Source: Balanoglossus misakiensis (taxonomy: Eukaryota; Animalia; Hemichordata). From it: a stretch of 64,000 bases of DNA. The notes under the pieces are model-generated. The model made no database searches, was not told where the DNA came from, and saw only the letters and a list, made by a program, of their open reading frames with translations. Both the position numbers and the translations under genes were made by a program. How positions within the stretch are numbered: the stretch's first letter is position 1; each line of letters begins with the position of its first letter. Below, piece after piece: positions 27,301-40,997 of the stretch. The DNA lies in the NCBI GenBank assembly GCA_040954595.2, contig CM082595.2, forward strand, positions 1,490,635 to 1,554,634, given 5' to 3'.

Positions 27301-29021
27301 AGCTGCATCTGACAAACGTCACTACTTTCAGATCTAAGAGCCTCCAGTTCCTGCTGCGATACCCAATCCCATTTATACTCAGGCAATTTCATCATGTTGA
27401 CATAAAATTTTGAAGACTTTTTAATATTGTTGAGTCATCTCCAGGATTTCCTCTTCAATTTAATACGTAGGCAATCATTACTGTAAATCAAGTACAATTT
27501 ACGCAGGTATCTGTTTAAAAATTGGGGTGATTTTATATGGCAGTTCTATGCCAATACTCGGGAATTTACAGATTGTCAGTGTGATATGTGGCCAGCAAAC
27601 TAATTGAAACGGTGTTTTACTGCTTCACACGATACCGTAAGTCGTGAGCTTAGTTCACTAATAACTCACTGCAACGCTATGACTTCAATCGCATCTGTTT
27701 ATTGATTTGAAATAAATAAAGTCTTGATAAGTATCGCCCTCCTGTTAGAAATGAAAATTTTCACAGATCTCACTGATCCTTCAAACAAGCTTGCATTAAC
27801 TCACACTGCTGTAGGACAAGAGATCATGTTTCCATCACAGATCAATATCAATACTCACTCAGTGTATTCAGCAAAGCCGTTAGTTATCATTTCCCTACAC
27901 AGCACACATTTACATATAAATACCCTTGATAAAACATTTATCTCAACTTCCTGTGAAGTGCTTCTTTAAATTATTAGATTTTGGATTATTTGAATTCATC
28001 TCACAGTTAACACCATGATTAATAATGATACATGTTTGCTGGGACACATCCTGACTGATGTTCCATTTATCATTACCAATTATTAATGATTGTGTAGGAA
28101 CATTTTATAAGCTTACTCAAGTTTTTTAAATTTCTTTTCCATAATAAAATACATCTGATTTATATGCCAAATCCCCTGGTAAATATTTTATTCTCTGACT
28201 TCAACACAGATCTCTAAGCCGGTATATCATGACAGATATCTGTGTTGTTTTATGATGTAAACTGGTAAATGTTACTGTGGTTCTTCAGTAATACCTCATT
28301 CCCTACGGTCATAACAAGGCAATCTGGCATGGAAACAATGTCATGTTACTCTATATCCCCAGTCTTACATGACATGTACATGTAAGACTTAGGTGTACAT
28401 TTTGGGGTCGTGTTTCACCCACTGCTTTGCTTCTTGGAATTCTATTTTTGACAGGGAGCAGACTTACTTTTCACATGGAGGGATCTCTCGAAAATAAAAA
28501 GGTTGGAATTTTCCAGCTCTGTTAGAATACAACATATATGTAGTCTTGAATCTAGCCAGTGTTTTAACCCTTTCACCGCCATGGTTCAGTCCAAACCCAT
28601 CGTTATCTATGGTAAGGTTGGACCTCTAAAGAGGGAACTGGGGGTGAAAGGGTTATGTTCTGCAAAGTTGAAATGCGAGAAAACACTAGCTAGATTCCTG
28701 ACTCCATGCACACAATGGAATTGCTTTGAGTATACTACTTAGACAATCTCTGACTCTGTTCGGGGAAACAGACGTATGCTGTTGCCCCCATGGCCAGTCA
28801 ATATTATACTGTTGAGACTTACCTCCAGGTCGATATTTCATCTTGTCATCACTGATGTATAAAACAATTTCACCCTGCTTATTCATGATAGTCGTCCCCT
28901 TGCGTATTTTCTTCCCACAATGAGAACTGAGAGCTTCTATTTCATCAAATTCCTCGCCTTCCATGATGCTTTTCCTTCTCCGTTTTGTCGGCCAATCTTC
29001 GGAATCTTTCTTTTCCGTCAT
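6352..29021 (-). CDS. RERE: RERE / Atrophin-2-like transcriptional corepressor, N-terminal 346 aa (BAH, ELM2, start of SANT); 3' part lies beyond window start
   Basis: Hand-spliced coding exons, all GT-AG and in phase: 28823-29021 (MTEKKDS..KYRPG), 21399-21469 ([24 protein letters not shown]), 15838-15943 ([35 protein letters not shown]), 14748-14844 (..[18 protein letters not shown]), 13945-14052 ([20 protein letters not shown]), 8979-9155 ([29 protein letters not shown]), 8072-8171 ([13 protein letters not shown]..), 7835-7933 ([21 protein letters not shown]), 6352-6432 ([27 protein letters not shown]). These closely match vertebrate RERE motifs as recalled. Confidence 0.96.
7960..8021. repeat. 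Degenerate (TATTG)n microsatellite
   Basis: Pentamer repeats fill most of the 138-bp RERE intron. Confidence 0.65.
10446..10631. mobile_element. Degenerate TIR element (probable second MITE family) with central palindrome
   Basis: Left end TAACCCTTTCAACGCTACATTT versus reverse complement of right end TAGCCCTCTCAACAGCATTT; perfect 17-bp-arm palindrome at 10540-10574. Confidence 0.45.
11140..11310. repeat. Degenerate tandem repeat, about 20/40-bp period (ATTATGGC core)
   Basis: ATTATGG/GTATGG/AATGG-CT motif recurring about every 20 bp. Confidence 0.55.
12230..12480. repeat. About 60-bp tandem repeat, about 4 copies
   Basis: AATTACATACTG..TACATTATCAAAATGTTAC..ATTTATGTAGTGTT recurs from about 12260, 12321, 12384 and 12443. 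Confidence 0.8.
24015..24112. repeat. Degenerate short tandem repeat (AGGGCAATAGC core)
   Basis: About five AGGGCAA/AGGTCAA units within 100 bp. Confidence 0.55.
28564..28656 (-). mobile_element. 93-bp piggyBac-type MITE, copy 2
   Basis: Reverse orientation of copy 1: TTAACCCTTTCACCGCCATGGTTCAGTCC...GGGGTGAAAGGGTTAT. Confidence 0.85.
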
Positions 29022-29128
29022 CCTCCTGGAGTTTCAAATGATGAGGGAATCTGAATACAGCTCGGATTCCCCCTACAAGAATGTGTAGGGAGATCACTGA
29101 CAAGTTTTCCTCTACTCAATATTTAGAC
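29022..29128 (-). other. RERE: 5'UTR portion of the RERE ATG-containing exon
   Basis: Acceptor (TTTA)n-TTGCAG on the minus strand ending at 29129; no upstream ATG within the exon. Confidence 0.7.
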
Positions 29129-29538
29129 CTGCAATAAATAAATAAATAAATAAACCATTCATTAAACCTCTATAATCATATTACACATTCTTGAAGATAT
29201 ATTTTTGGTCAGTACCAGAAATGTCAATGCTACAGAGTGTCTAGCACAACTATATGCATGAACAGCAATACCGGTGCGATTTTGAATAACTGCAGGTCAT
29301 ATAACACTTTTAATCCTACATATACTGTAATTTGACAGTTAGATTTTAACCTCTGACTGAACAATATTTGATCACTTATCTGTCTCATTGAAATTCAACA
29401 CCTTAACTCATATTTTTCAAGTCTTTATGCTGGCTGCAGTAACTATAAGATCAATTGACACTAGATACGTTCCTCTCCTCAAGAAATTCAACAGCTCGAA
29501 TTTAATTTTTTTTTTACTGAATGAGTGACTAAGTCCCT

Positions 29539-29631
29539 TTAACCCTTTCACCCCCAGTTCCCTCTTTAGAGGTCCAGGTTTACCATAGAAAACAATGAGT
29601 CTGGACTGAACGATAGTGGTGCAAGGGTGAA
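29539..29631 (+). mobile_element. 93-bp piggyBac-type MITE, copy 3
   Basis: TTAACCCTTTCACCCCCAGTTCCCTCTTTAGAGGTCC...GGTGCAAGGGTGAA; right TIR degenerate. Confidence 0.85.
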
Positions 29632-32600
29632 ACAGATTCTTACTTTACGCTAACAGCGACAGCTTTCCTGCCACCTCCACTTTCTGACAACGAGAATCAT
29701 CTCAGAATACCCACAGCGTTTGTCTCACTCTCCACAGAGAACAGCGTTGTATGTTACGGTAGAAAGGCAACAAAAACGCACACTGTCAAATTACTCAAAG
29801 CAAACAAAGCGTAAAGACACAAGCCAGACCCCATGCACAACACAAAGGAAGTAGACAATACACCGGTTTGGTTGAATGTCAGTTACAGCATTGTGATTCC
29901 GATAGCGACACAAAGCATACAAGAATAATACACCTTCTTTACACTAATTTATTGATATCCCCTCTGCTGTCCACTAAATTTCTATTAATGGAAACCTATA
30001 ACACTTACCCTCACTGAACAGTCCAAAGCGAAATTATATCAACCAAGTCACGATTGTTACTAGCCTGTGACAACTGGATTTACCACTGAACGCTTGCAGT
30101 ATTTGGGTGTGAATTCACAGCAGACTCGGGTTAAACTACAGACCACTGTTCCTATTATGCATGGGTCGTGATCAACTCATACTCAAAGGCCGGCAGATTA
30201 TAAAGCTAAACAAAGCGAGTTACCAGGCCCGGTTCAAGTATCTACCATCACAATTACGCGCACACACTAACACCGCTGGCAAGCATTGATCTCTCTTGTA
30301 CGCTGCAAACGAAACAGTTTTTATAATAATGGCATCATACCGAATGTTGTTGAGTAGATTAGACGCTGCCAAGTAATTACGTCCGTGAATGAACAGCAAT
30401 TGCTCATGAGATAAACGCGATCCAGCGCTTGTCGTTGTACGATAACTAAATATACCGTTTCAGAGCATATTTACGCTGAGCGTGCCTGGCAGACAACAAT
30501 GAGATGTTTCATTCCTCCAAGCCCTCAATAAATATTCCAACATTATATGCTCACTCCATCATTCAATTTAAATTGCACTAGTAGTACACGCTCTGAGAGT
30601 CATCAAACCACATGTCTTGACCTAGAATCATTTGAAAACTGCCAGTTTCCCTTTACTCACTTTCTGATTGAACACACACTCCTTGCCATGTCACAAACTC
30701 ACATGAATATAAACACAATGGAATTAATGAGTCACCATTTTCACATAAGAAATACAAGTTACCTTTAAACTGCTTTCATTTGAACCGCTGACTGACACAA
30801 AGAAATTCACAAACCCTGACCACCCCTGCAATCAAATGAGGTCATCCTCATTAATGATATGTTTCATATCTTAATCAATAATTAAATTGATATCATATTA
30901 GTAGTAATAGTGCTGGGTATAATAGCTATAAAATTTATCAGAAAATAAATCTACAGTAATCTGCTGAGTTTAAATGTTTTCTTGACGAAGTCTGCGGATA
31001 GTGACATTTTTTTTCCACTCATACATAAGAATATACATCATTCCAGTTCTAAGTTTAACTAAACACCTGTATTATACAGCGGGTAGTTTATATAAAAATA
31101 CAAACCCTCAATAAATAGCAGACCTGTCTGTCTATGACTGCAGTGATGAACAGTTCAGGCAATATCTCAGAGGTACAAAGCATGTATTAAAGGAGAACGA
31201 TGTGGACATTTATCAAAGACGATAACACAGTCCGTATCTGATCATCAATGTATCAAAGTTGACATAGATCAGAAGTGGCAATGTAGTGTAGCCTGCTATG
31301 ACAAATCATGATGCAATTTATATGCTTGTAAACTGTGCTATTTCTGTTCTGAGCAAAGCATTAGGTATATTCATATGCAGATCCAGTATTAAAGGTGTAT
31401 ATTAAAATCATCAGGGGATTATCATTGAAAAATTACAAAGCACAAATTGGTGCATCCAAGTATTCAATGTTCTCCACACAGCAATTACAGGAGGGTGGCT
31501 GAAACTCTTTAATCTGGACAAAACAATAGATCTTCATTAATGTAATAATTGCTTATTATTATGCAAATTAGTCTCCCTGTTATGATAAATTCCTAGGAGA
31601 GCATGCATTTATTAGTAACAATTAATGACTTACACGTCTTGCTGGAAGTTGATTTGAATTAAAAATGCCAGTTTTGATGATGAATTGTCAATGAGAATCA
31701 ATATTAGATGGCAAAACCGATTACATCTCAATTTATACCTCCATCACCACAGCATATTATAAACACATGTTCTCAATGACATTAATTTATCAAACATTTT
31801 TTATATTTATCTCAATATGGCGCCAACTGAAAATTCCAATATTGATGAAATCAGCTGATATCAGTTATTTGCTTGTCTGTTTGTTTATTTAATTCCTTCT
31901 CCAAACAAGATAATTTTATCAATTCCTTGAATGGATTTCACATAGGGACAGATATTGAAGTCAGAAGAAAATAATGCTTTTAACGCCCAAGGACTTAAAA
32001 ACCATCAAAAAAAGGATTATACTCGGCAGATGTACATACCTAGCAGGGAACTGTAAACCACTTAAAAAGCATAATATATGAACTGTGAAATTTTATACTT
32101 GGGTCTTATTGAGGAAATGAAACTTAACATCCTGTTATATTACATTATCCAATGTTTATTGGAAAGCAAACACATTTTGTCAAAGTTGGCTGCCAATAAT
32201 GAATATGTAAAACAGATGATAATGCTAAAAAAGAATAAAACTACCTTTAATGTTTCAGTACATGTGGATTAACAAAATGACATGAATCTAGATCAATATT
32301 TAGATGCCTTGTAAACACATCTGTTACACTAATGTCTGGCTTTATCATTTCTGAAATGATATACTATATAAATAAATGCAGCTATAGAGTCTGATTTTTA
32401 TTCTGACTAGTGCAAATGAAAACATGTGTCAGACTATGGGAATGAGAGTTAACAGCTGTGTGATTAAGGAGTGAATCAACACTGACCATGCTTACTCATT
32501 ACACAGTCAAGTAATCCCAGGCGTAACACCACACAGGAATGCTGAACAGTGGCCACCAGAGTTGATACAAAATCCCAATCAAATGCCATTGAAGCATGGC

Positions 32601-35600
32601 TGCTTTCTTTAATAGAAAACAGCAATTCTTTCATCGCTGTCTTGTGATCAGTCAATACACATCTATGAGTCTGCTGCCTATACTAGTCAGTACACTACCT
32701 TTCTTTCGCATGATGATAAACACACCAAACAAGTTCATACAACTCTTACAATTAACTCCCTAATAGTTTCAACGTGTCTCTTAAAATGCCATTGACCTCA
32801 AAACACAAGTTGTAAAAGGAGCCATAAACTTAAAAGGCTGATTTTAAGCAGACCATGTACCATTAACATGACTCAGCAATGATCAATCGAAAATTGTCAT
32901 TGGTTCAGATATATGACCAGACAAGACCTGCCATACCCAAGTTACTGTTTCTATTATCGAGTTTCATATTCCAATGCCAAGAGGTGATATAACAGAACCT
33001 ATCCATACAGATTCAGATACATACATGTACCATATGCCACTTATTTGACACCCAAAGCTTCCAGAATTACAATACCCATACATGCTTTACAGCAGAAATA
33101 ACTCACACATTCTTGAAATGTTGTCTATAACATTATTATACTATCACGTTTCATGCCACTGAGGGCGCATTCACTCAATTTGACAGCATGTCTCGTTACA
33201 CAAAAATTAATTGGACATATCAGTACAATTGAAAATGATATATATGATTAAACTTGAAAGGTTCGCTATTCTGAATTATTAACAAGTGACACTAATGTGA
33301 AAAATGTAAAACATGTACAGAAAACAGACACACATCCCCATCCTCTAAGAAATTTGATTTTCACCAAAATACACGTATGACTATAATAAAACACAATACT
33401 ATTTTCCTTTTTCTTTGTTTAAATTATCCCTAACAAGGATTTAGTCTACCAATGCATGAAAAGTATACAATAAGCAAGGCCATATGTCTGGATTTGAACT
33501 CAAACAGCGTATGGCTGTTGACATGCCTTCAATACGGGCAATAAATTATCTTCTTAAAATCAAACATCAATTTGGTGTATGTTTGCCAGTGAATGAGATT
33601 ATTTGTTCATACATATTAAATCAACATTAGCTTAACTTTTGCCTATTTTCAGTATTTTTGTTCAGTATATGTGCAACAATCTGTCTATCAACACATCATG
33701 TTTATATCTACAACTGATATTTTTCTTGGTTTCACCATTCACATGTAGTGAGTGATACAGATAATTACAGGGTGTGTGTCTGTGACTGACTAGTCACCTC
33801 TACTGAAAAAAATCATCCTGGTAATCTTATCACCCTGATCTCAGTGCTTATCTCTCAGACTTCATATCAACAGACTGGGAACTGAAATAACACATTTACA
33901 GATTACCACCAATGTTTTATTAGCTAAGTATATTTATTCTAATATCAAACACAATAATGCAATTATCTTGACAAAAGCACTAATAAATCGCAGCCAATGA
34001 ACTACACCCAACTTAAAATATTAAATCTCATTCTTGATTCATGTTGTAATTAGCATTTAAAATTTATGGTGTTTGAAGTAGTTAACTAAATAGAGTTGGT
34101 TAAGTAGCCAGGGACCAGAGTATTTAGATTTCCCGAGACAGATGTCTTTATTAAAGTGAGCTCTATACAATCAGGATACTAAATAACCTATTCCCATGCA
34201 TATAAAAACAAGAATTACAATACAAAGAAATTTCTGCTTTTTTTCTGATGAAATAATATAACTTAAATTTGACTAGCAGCAATGAGACAGGAAGAAAAAT
34301 GATCAGTGAAAGATTGTACAAAGATTGTCTGTAGTAAATGTACGCCTATGATGCTATACTCAGCCATCACGAGATATTTTCCATCTTATTATTTTCACCT
34401 TCCCCCCTCTAGCACTCATGAACATTATCAATCACATTAAACGTCAGATGGTAACACACTAATGCATCCTTCTTGTCGAGATACATTGGTGATCCTACCC
34501 AATGTTTAGACTCACTGCTTATCTTAGAATTGCACTGTCAATGCACAGCAGCTAAGCTACCAAACCAATAAACTAAACTGAGGCTTTTTTCACGTTATTA
34601 GATTTTCACTCTCGTCGACAATTCATGGTTGGTGGAACTCAACGTCTAATTTGCAAAGTGAGTGAATATCAGATGGACCACTTAACAGATGCATGGCGAG
34701 TTCTCATCACTAAATTATTATACGCTAGGATGCAATGACAAACTTGGCAGCTTTGAATTTCAAAATCAGTTTGTCAGAGCGTCACATGGTGACCCTATCG
34801 GAGCAGGATCAAAAGGTCAAGTTTTGATTTCCTTAACCACTAAACACACCCCTGGTATTTTACAGTGCATTAAGAGACATTCACATATTATAAAATCTTG
34901 CCAATCACCATGTGGCCCGTGGTTTGTATTTATCTGTTACAAATTATACGTGAATTGCACAAGTGAAAATATGTGCGTCTGTTCAGTTGGCAATATGTTT
35001 ATACTGCAATGTTAAACTGCCCTGTAATCTCATGATGTCATGTAATTACCACGTCAACTGTACAAATAGCTGAGTAAATCTTGGTATGGTGATAAAAGCA
35101 TTTTAGTTTACATTTTATCATCACTACCATTTTTACTCAATATAACACAGTGACTGTACACGTATAATATGGTAGTATAAAAGAACAAAGTTGCTCATTT
35201 TTGACATTATTTTAGCCATTTACTTTATTGTTCTGCTCACTGAAACATGGCCCCTCACCAGCTATTACAACTCGACTTACAGCATCGGTATGGGCTAAGC
35301 TATCTCTGCCTGGCAGGACTGTGTGTCTTACAGCGACCTTCCTGCCAAGCAGAGCAAATGCTTAGCATGTGAATGCCACGACACAATTTTGTACACTGAC
35401 CTATGTTCATATATATTGGCCATTGATCTGTGACAATTGGTGATTGACCATGCTTCAGTGAGAAGACCCAAAGCAATAGACATAAATTTTATTGAGTTGA
35501 ACAGAGAGTAAACACCTCCAGTTAATAACCTTGTACACCAGAATACATACACACTCTTATCTCCTTATAGTTACTGCAGGTCAATCCATTTGAAGGCTTG

Positions 35601-37365
35601 AAAAATAACTGGAAAACTGCGTATATCATCAGTTTACAAATTCTTTTTAGTTGGGACTCAAATATTTACTATCACAATATATTATTTAATATATGCATTT
35701 GTAATACTTCCTTTTTTTATTTTACTCATGTATATTTCATTCTAATCTCAATCTGTCAAGTAAGTGCAACAAAAACGAAATGAACATTTTTCAAAGAAAT
35801 ACTTGACCAAGTGATAAGCAAATTATCTCTTGATAGACAATTTAAGTTCACGTAAAGTCTTTAAAATCATTATACCTGGTTGAACACTTCCCGTTAACAG
35901 TCATTATTTACACTTAGATGTGTTTGATGGAAGGAACAGCCGCCTGTCACGTTTGAAATTACTACAGCAAAGAATAGAGCTGAAATTATAAGTAAGGTTG
36001 ACACACAATACAGGCAGACACATGTTCAGTAAAGCAAGCATAAAATTAACCAGACGCAGTGCCACTATTATATTCACAATCAGTCTTTAATACAGATTTG
36101 CAAAGCCATACAGAGATTAGTGGATGCTAATACAACTGAACAAAAACATTGCTTCAGCGAGACGATCGCCACTCACTCAGTCTATTGAAATGATATCTTG
36201 GAGCAGGTATTTGGATAATTGACTAAAAGAGTAGAACAGTCAGATTTGATATGTTTCTCTCCAGACTAACTACTGCTTCAGTTCCCATATGAATATACAC
36301 TGCTAGCAGGAATTTCACCCCATATTTAACCCCAAGTCAACAACTATACACCCCAGCTCAAGACCATCTGTGATGTTTGACATCAGTTTCAACTGAATTG
36401 TATTCATTTAATTTTAAGTATAAATACACTACTTTCAATATTTTTCTCATTGCATGAATTATTAAGGTTAAGAAGATTACCGCTCAACCAGTGAATGCGG
36501 CAGTTATAAATCTAATTCATGTGTCGGTAGTGTTTGTAATACATCGCATGTATATTGCCTTGACTTTACTCTATACGATTAGACCTCTGTTATGAGCAAT
36601 GGGCAGGGTGGTTATGTTAAAGCGGCCCTGATAGCGACTTACGCTAGCTACCTATCAGTATACAGTCAGTGACAATTACTACTTTTGTGGGGGACATAAA
36701 AGACGACAGATCGCCAACAATACATCAGGTTACAGAGACTCACTCATGCGGAAATGTGTAATGTCTAAGGCACACCGACTGTGGACTATTCAAACACCTC
36801 CCGCATACACACCACGTCTCAGCACACTACCAACAAACTAAAGTTTGGGGGGGGGGGTAGTCGCCTGTTAAGCGTCCGCGCCTAGGCAACAAAGGAAATT
36901 CGGCCGGACTGTCTTATCCGGTGCATTCTTGCGGTATCTCATGACAAAACCCGGGCATTAATATTTAGGAGAGTTTTAACGGACCTATGAACGGCGTGAT
37001 CGTTCACACTGTACACGGCAAGTGAATGAAACACCATTCTAACAAAGAAATATTGTACAACTTCTCTTTTTCGGTTCTGCTAACAACCGATCAAGGGTAG
37101 GGTACAGACTCCACGGGCATGATCATGAAACACAGTCTTTGGTCACAGTAAATTCTGGGTCTCACGATACACATATGTGTTTTATCCCACTCTAAAGAGC
37201 ACATAAACTAAATACACTTCTCAAAACAAACCTTTGATAAACACAAAACCGGCTGGCTCAGTGTAGTCTCGAACGAAAAGTTCATCGAAAACGTTGCAAA
37301 ATCCTGCAACTGATCACATTTTACTCAAAATTCTGGACGAGATAATGTGTATGTGATTCACTCAC

Positions 37366-37680
37366 CTCTGAAGAAGGAATGTTTCTTCGAAGATCGGTGC
37401 AGACTTGATAATCGGGGTCAAAATCTCATAGCCAACACTGCAACGTGCGAAGAGTATATTGTCAACATTACCGATACATACATTTGTGAACGAAATCCTA
37501 TTACAGACTACATTTTTTGTAACGAACTATTTCATTGGCTACGAGATCCACTAACCAATCAGATAACCGCTTATGTGATTGATGGGAAATCTACACGCTG
37601 TGTTATCGTCCGCTGTTCTTCCCAACGCTGTTGGTTCGTACACTCGTAACTCCAACACCGGCCCGGTTTTTTTCGGAAAT
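37366..37680 (-). promoter_or_regulatory. Probable RERE non-coding first exon and promoter
   Basis: Strong minus-strand donor AG|GTGAGT at 37360-37365, locally CpG-enriched sequence (about 36600-37700), and two opposed CCAAT boxes (ATTGG about 37534, CCAAT about 37555). The exact TSS is not determinable. Confidence 0.55.
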
Positions 37681-40138
37681 TAATTACGCGCTTTTCAATT
37701 TACGTGAAAGCATTGTCTTATTGATAACAGCGGAATTTCATGCATAAAAATATCAGCTAGAGTTAATTCATGAGGATTTATAGTACGAGGAAGCCATGTA
37801 TACTATGAGGGGGGAGTGATATTACATTGCACTGTTGAATAAAGGAAGCCGTATAGTAAAGCGATTGTTACACTAAAATGCTTGGAAATTGAGACGGCTT
37901 TATACACGGTTCCAACTGTGTCTCTCTGCCCCATGCCGGGCTATGCTCTGCTATGGTCTCGGAAACGTTTCTTTAACAGCATTTCCAGTTTGATAGGAGG
38001 AGAATGACAAGACAGTTTCACTTACATAAAATGTAGACACAAGATCCTCATATGAGTATGTGGCTGCACCATCCCGATGTATGTACTGGGAAGGGGGGAG
38101 GGGGGTTCGGGGAGTTCCGCTTTCCGACGAGGACCGAATTAAAATGGCAACGACTATAACCATTGTAATATATAGTAAATAATGACGATTTGAATAATTG
38201 TTTTACATTGTATTAGTTGTTTAATTCCTCAAATTAAAAGCTAAACGCAACTTGGCTATTAATTTTTTTAAAAATCTCCGGGTTCATTCACTTTTCAGTC
38301 ATATCCTTCAGGCCTACCATCCTCGTGACAAACGCTTCTGAAATACTTTCATAAATGTTTACGACTGAAACTACGTGAATGTGTCCATAAATGAGTGATC
38401 TTATCAGCTACTTATCGCGACCATGCCTGCGGCACTGACAAGTAATCAGATGAAGTTTCGCGTCGTTGTCTTTGTCATCACGAAGATCCGAAACTCGTTT
38501 ATAATTTGCTACATATACTGGGAATTACCAATACCCACACATACACCCACACACACACCGTGACAGACAGGCACGCACGCACGCACTATCGATATCATTG
38601 AAACGTGTCAACTTGGAAACCGACATGACTCGCGTTAATTTGTGAACGGTGCAACCGTAAATCGTCAATAGAAGTCAACAGTCATTGTTGGAAACGGAAA
38701 ACACATTAAACTGAGTCTGACCCGTCGAACTTTTTACTGAAACCTTTCTTGCCGCACCGGTTGACTGTAAATAAATTCTCCAATCTGTACTGGTACCAGG
38801 AGATTGTTTGTACATTCCTCTTACCCAAAATGTGATTTTTATCATAATAAACTTGTTTCAACGTATGATGTACCTGAATCAAATTACAACAGAACACTGC
38901 TGATGCCCTGGTGATAGTAGCTATAGATATTGACCACACCTCATGACTATCACACGATGTCATCACCTGGTAACCATGGTAATGATTGAACAATTTTTAT
39001 AAATCTTGACATGCTTCCCACATATACTCAGGGACGGAAACTGATTTGAGTGAAGTGCCACTTATTCAGGATTTGTCTAAAAGATTCCAGAATATCGTGG
39101 CCACGTGAATTTGTTCATTTGGCGATACATGTATACGACGTACCTTGGTGGGTAGTGCGTATCCCAGGGATCAATGCCAACTTAAAACGAACTCGTTCAA
39201 GCGACTGTATTTTGTAAATGGGTGAATACAGAATAGGTATCGATTGCGCGGCGATTATAATAGTAAAGAACGATAGATGACCGTCGACCTGTTCTCAAAT
39301 GATACCAAACAGTCTGGTAGTCAACCGTTTGATGTGTAGGCAAACACCGCGCTGGTGCGACCTTTCGGACCAGACTAGACTTGATTTGAGAACAACAGAA
39401 AGAAACTCAAGCTTACCTGATTCAAAGCGAGCACTGGGAGATACGAATGTACTTCCAACTTGCCACCACGGCTATTAGTTATGCAGAGAAGGGATTCACA
39501 ATGACGTGCATTGATAAGTCATTTGTTACACACCGCCTTCTTTTTATACAATCTAAAGGTGTTAACAAAACAAGGCTTGGCTGATTGACAATCTTGCCTT
39601 TCTTTCTATTTGTAAACATCGGTGCTTGACATCAGCAATCAATGGCCCCACTACCTGTATAAAGTAGACACAACTATGTACATTATAGCGACTGCTTAAG
39701 TAAATAATCGGCGCTCTCAGGAATCGCCGTTGATTTGATGGTCAAATGCCCCTAGAGGGTTTACTCTCTGACGAATAGACATAAAACACTTCAGGGGACA
39801 AAGACCCTGTAAAACGCTGAAACGACTTTGAACGAACAGCAACGAACATGTCAATGCATTTCAACAACAATGAAACTGACACGTTCAACGATTCTATTGT
39901 AATGCTTACATTTGTGACGTGCCTAATGTGTTTCCAATTAAAATTGCTCCATGGGATGTATTTTATTTAATCATAAACCTCTAAAATTTTAATGACTTTA
40001 TATTTGAATAAAACCGTTCATATATACCCTTAATAGTCATATGAAAGAGATCAGTTATTTTTTGCTATGCAGTTTAACGTGAATACAAGACAACTTATAA
40101 AATACAGATGCCAATGAGAGCTAGACTTCAATAAAGAA

Positions 40139-40158
40139 GAGAGAGAGAGAGAGAGAGA
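40139..40158. repeat. (GA)n microsatellite
   Basis: About 10 GA units. Confidence 0.8.
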
Positions 40159-40978
40159 TTTTCTGACCCCAACAAAGAAAATCTGTCCATGAAAGCCAAC
40201 CATTTATTCACAAAATATCTTAATCGATCAAACTGCGTATCGGAGAACGTCCTTCATGTATCGACTTTGTAATATCAGTGTTAATTCACAGCCCGTAGCT
40301 GAAGCATAGAGCAGCTTTAATACTCGAGCAAGACTTATTCTTACTGCAGGCAAGGTGACTTTCCTTGCATTTATTCTAAACTATAAAGTTACATACTTTT
40401 TTCGTTTCACTTTCTTGGCCAATTGATACGATTAAAATTGACAATCTCCGCTGCAATTTCTCATTAAAATGTCAAATCTCTTTTGCAATTTCGAGGCTTT
40501 TTTTCCCGTGACTTCTCTATGAGCATCCGGATTTATTCGACTGATATCCCGTCAACAGCGGATCCACGAAGGTAGCTGATTATAACGAGTGAAATTGGAA
40601 ACTCCTTTATTCCTCATGATCGTTCTGGAGGAAACTGGTTGTGATTTGGAAGACGATACAGAACTGCTACACAGACGGACGTTTTATGATCTGCTGTGGT
40701 GCGGAAATGAGCTCATTTCAATGTAGTCATATATTCCCCAACTGACAGAGAGGGGGGCATGGACAGGGAGAGAGACAGGGAGAGAGAGACACACACTTTC
40801 TTTGAATATTTCAACAAATTATATTCACAACGTATCAGTTCAACACAACTGAAGACTTGACATTCTGTTCATATATTTTATTGCAATTTAACTGAAAGGT
40901 ATGCACATGAACTGACGAAACGAAATAAACTGCGATAAATAGGATAAAAACTCTCAAATGACAATCCTCACCAGGAAG

Positions 40979-40997
40979 TGCGCCACCTAGAGGTCGG
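40979..40997 (-). promoter_or_regulatory. Candidate CTCF binding site
   Basis: Minus strand reads CCGACCTCTAGGTGGCGCA, a close match to the CTCF core CC.C.AG.(G/T)GGCGC. Confidence 0.45.

Noticed and set aside
28361-28389. 11-bp-arm hairpin AGTCTTACATG...CATGTAAGACT
   Set aside because: Built on the ACATGT word that is very common in this window; no supporting context.
29022-29027. AGGAGG directly before the RERE ATG resembling a Shine-Dalgarno site
   Set aside because: Spliced eukaryotic gene and zero spacing to the ATG; coincidental.
38700-40760. Possible extra gene or lncRNA between the RERE promoter and SEC62 (donor-like site at about 39411-39416, short ORF at 40616)
   Set aside because: No consistent exon chain or recognisable protein could be assembled.
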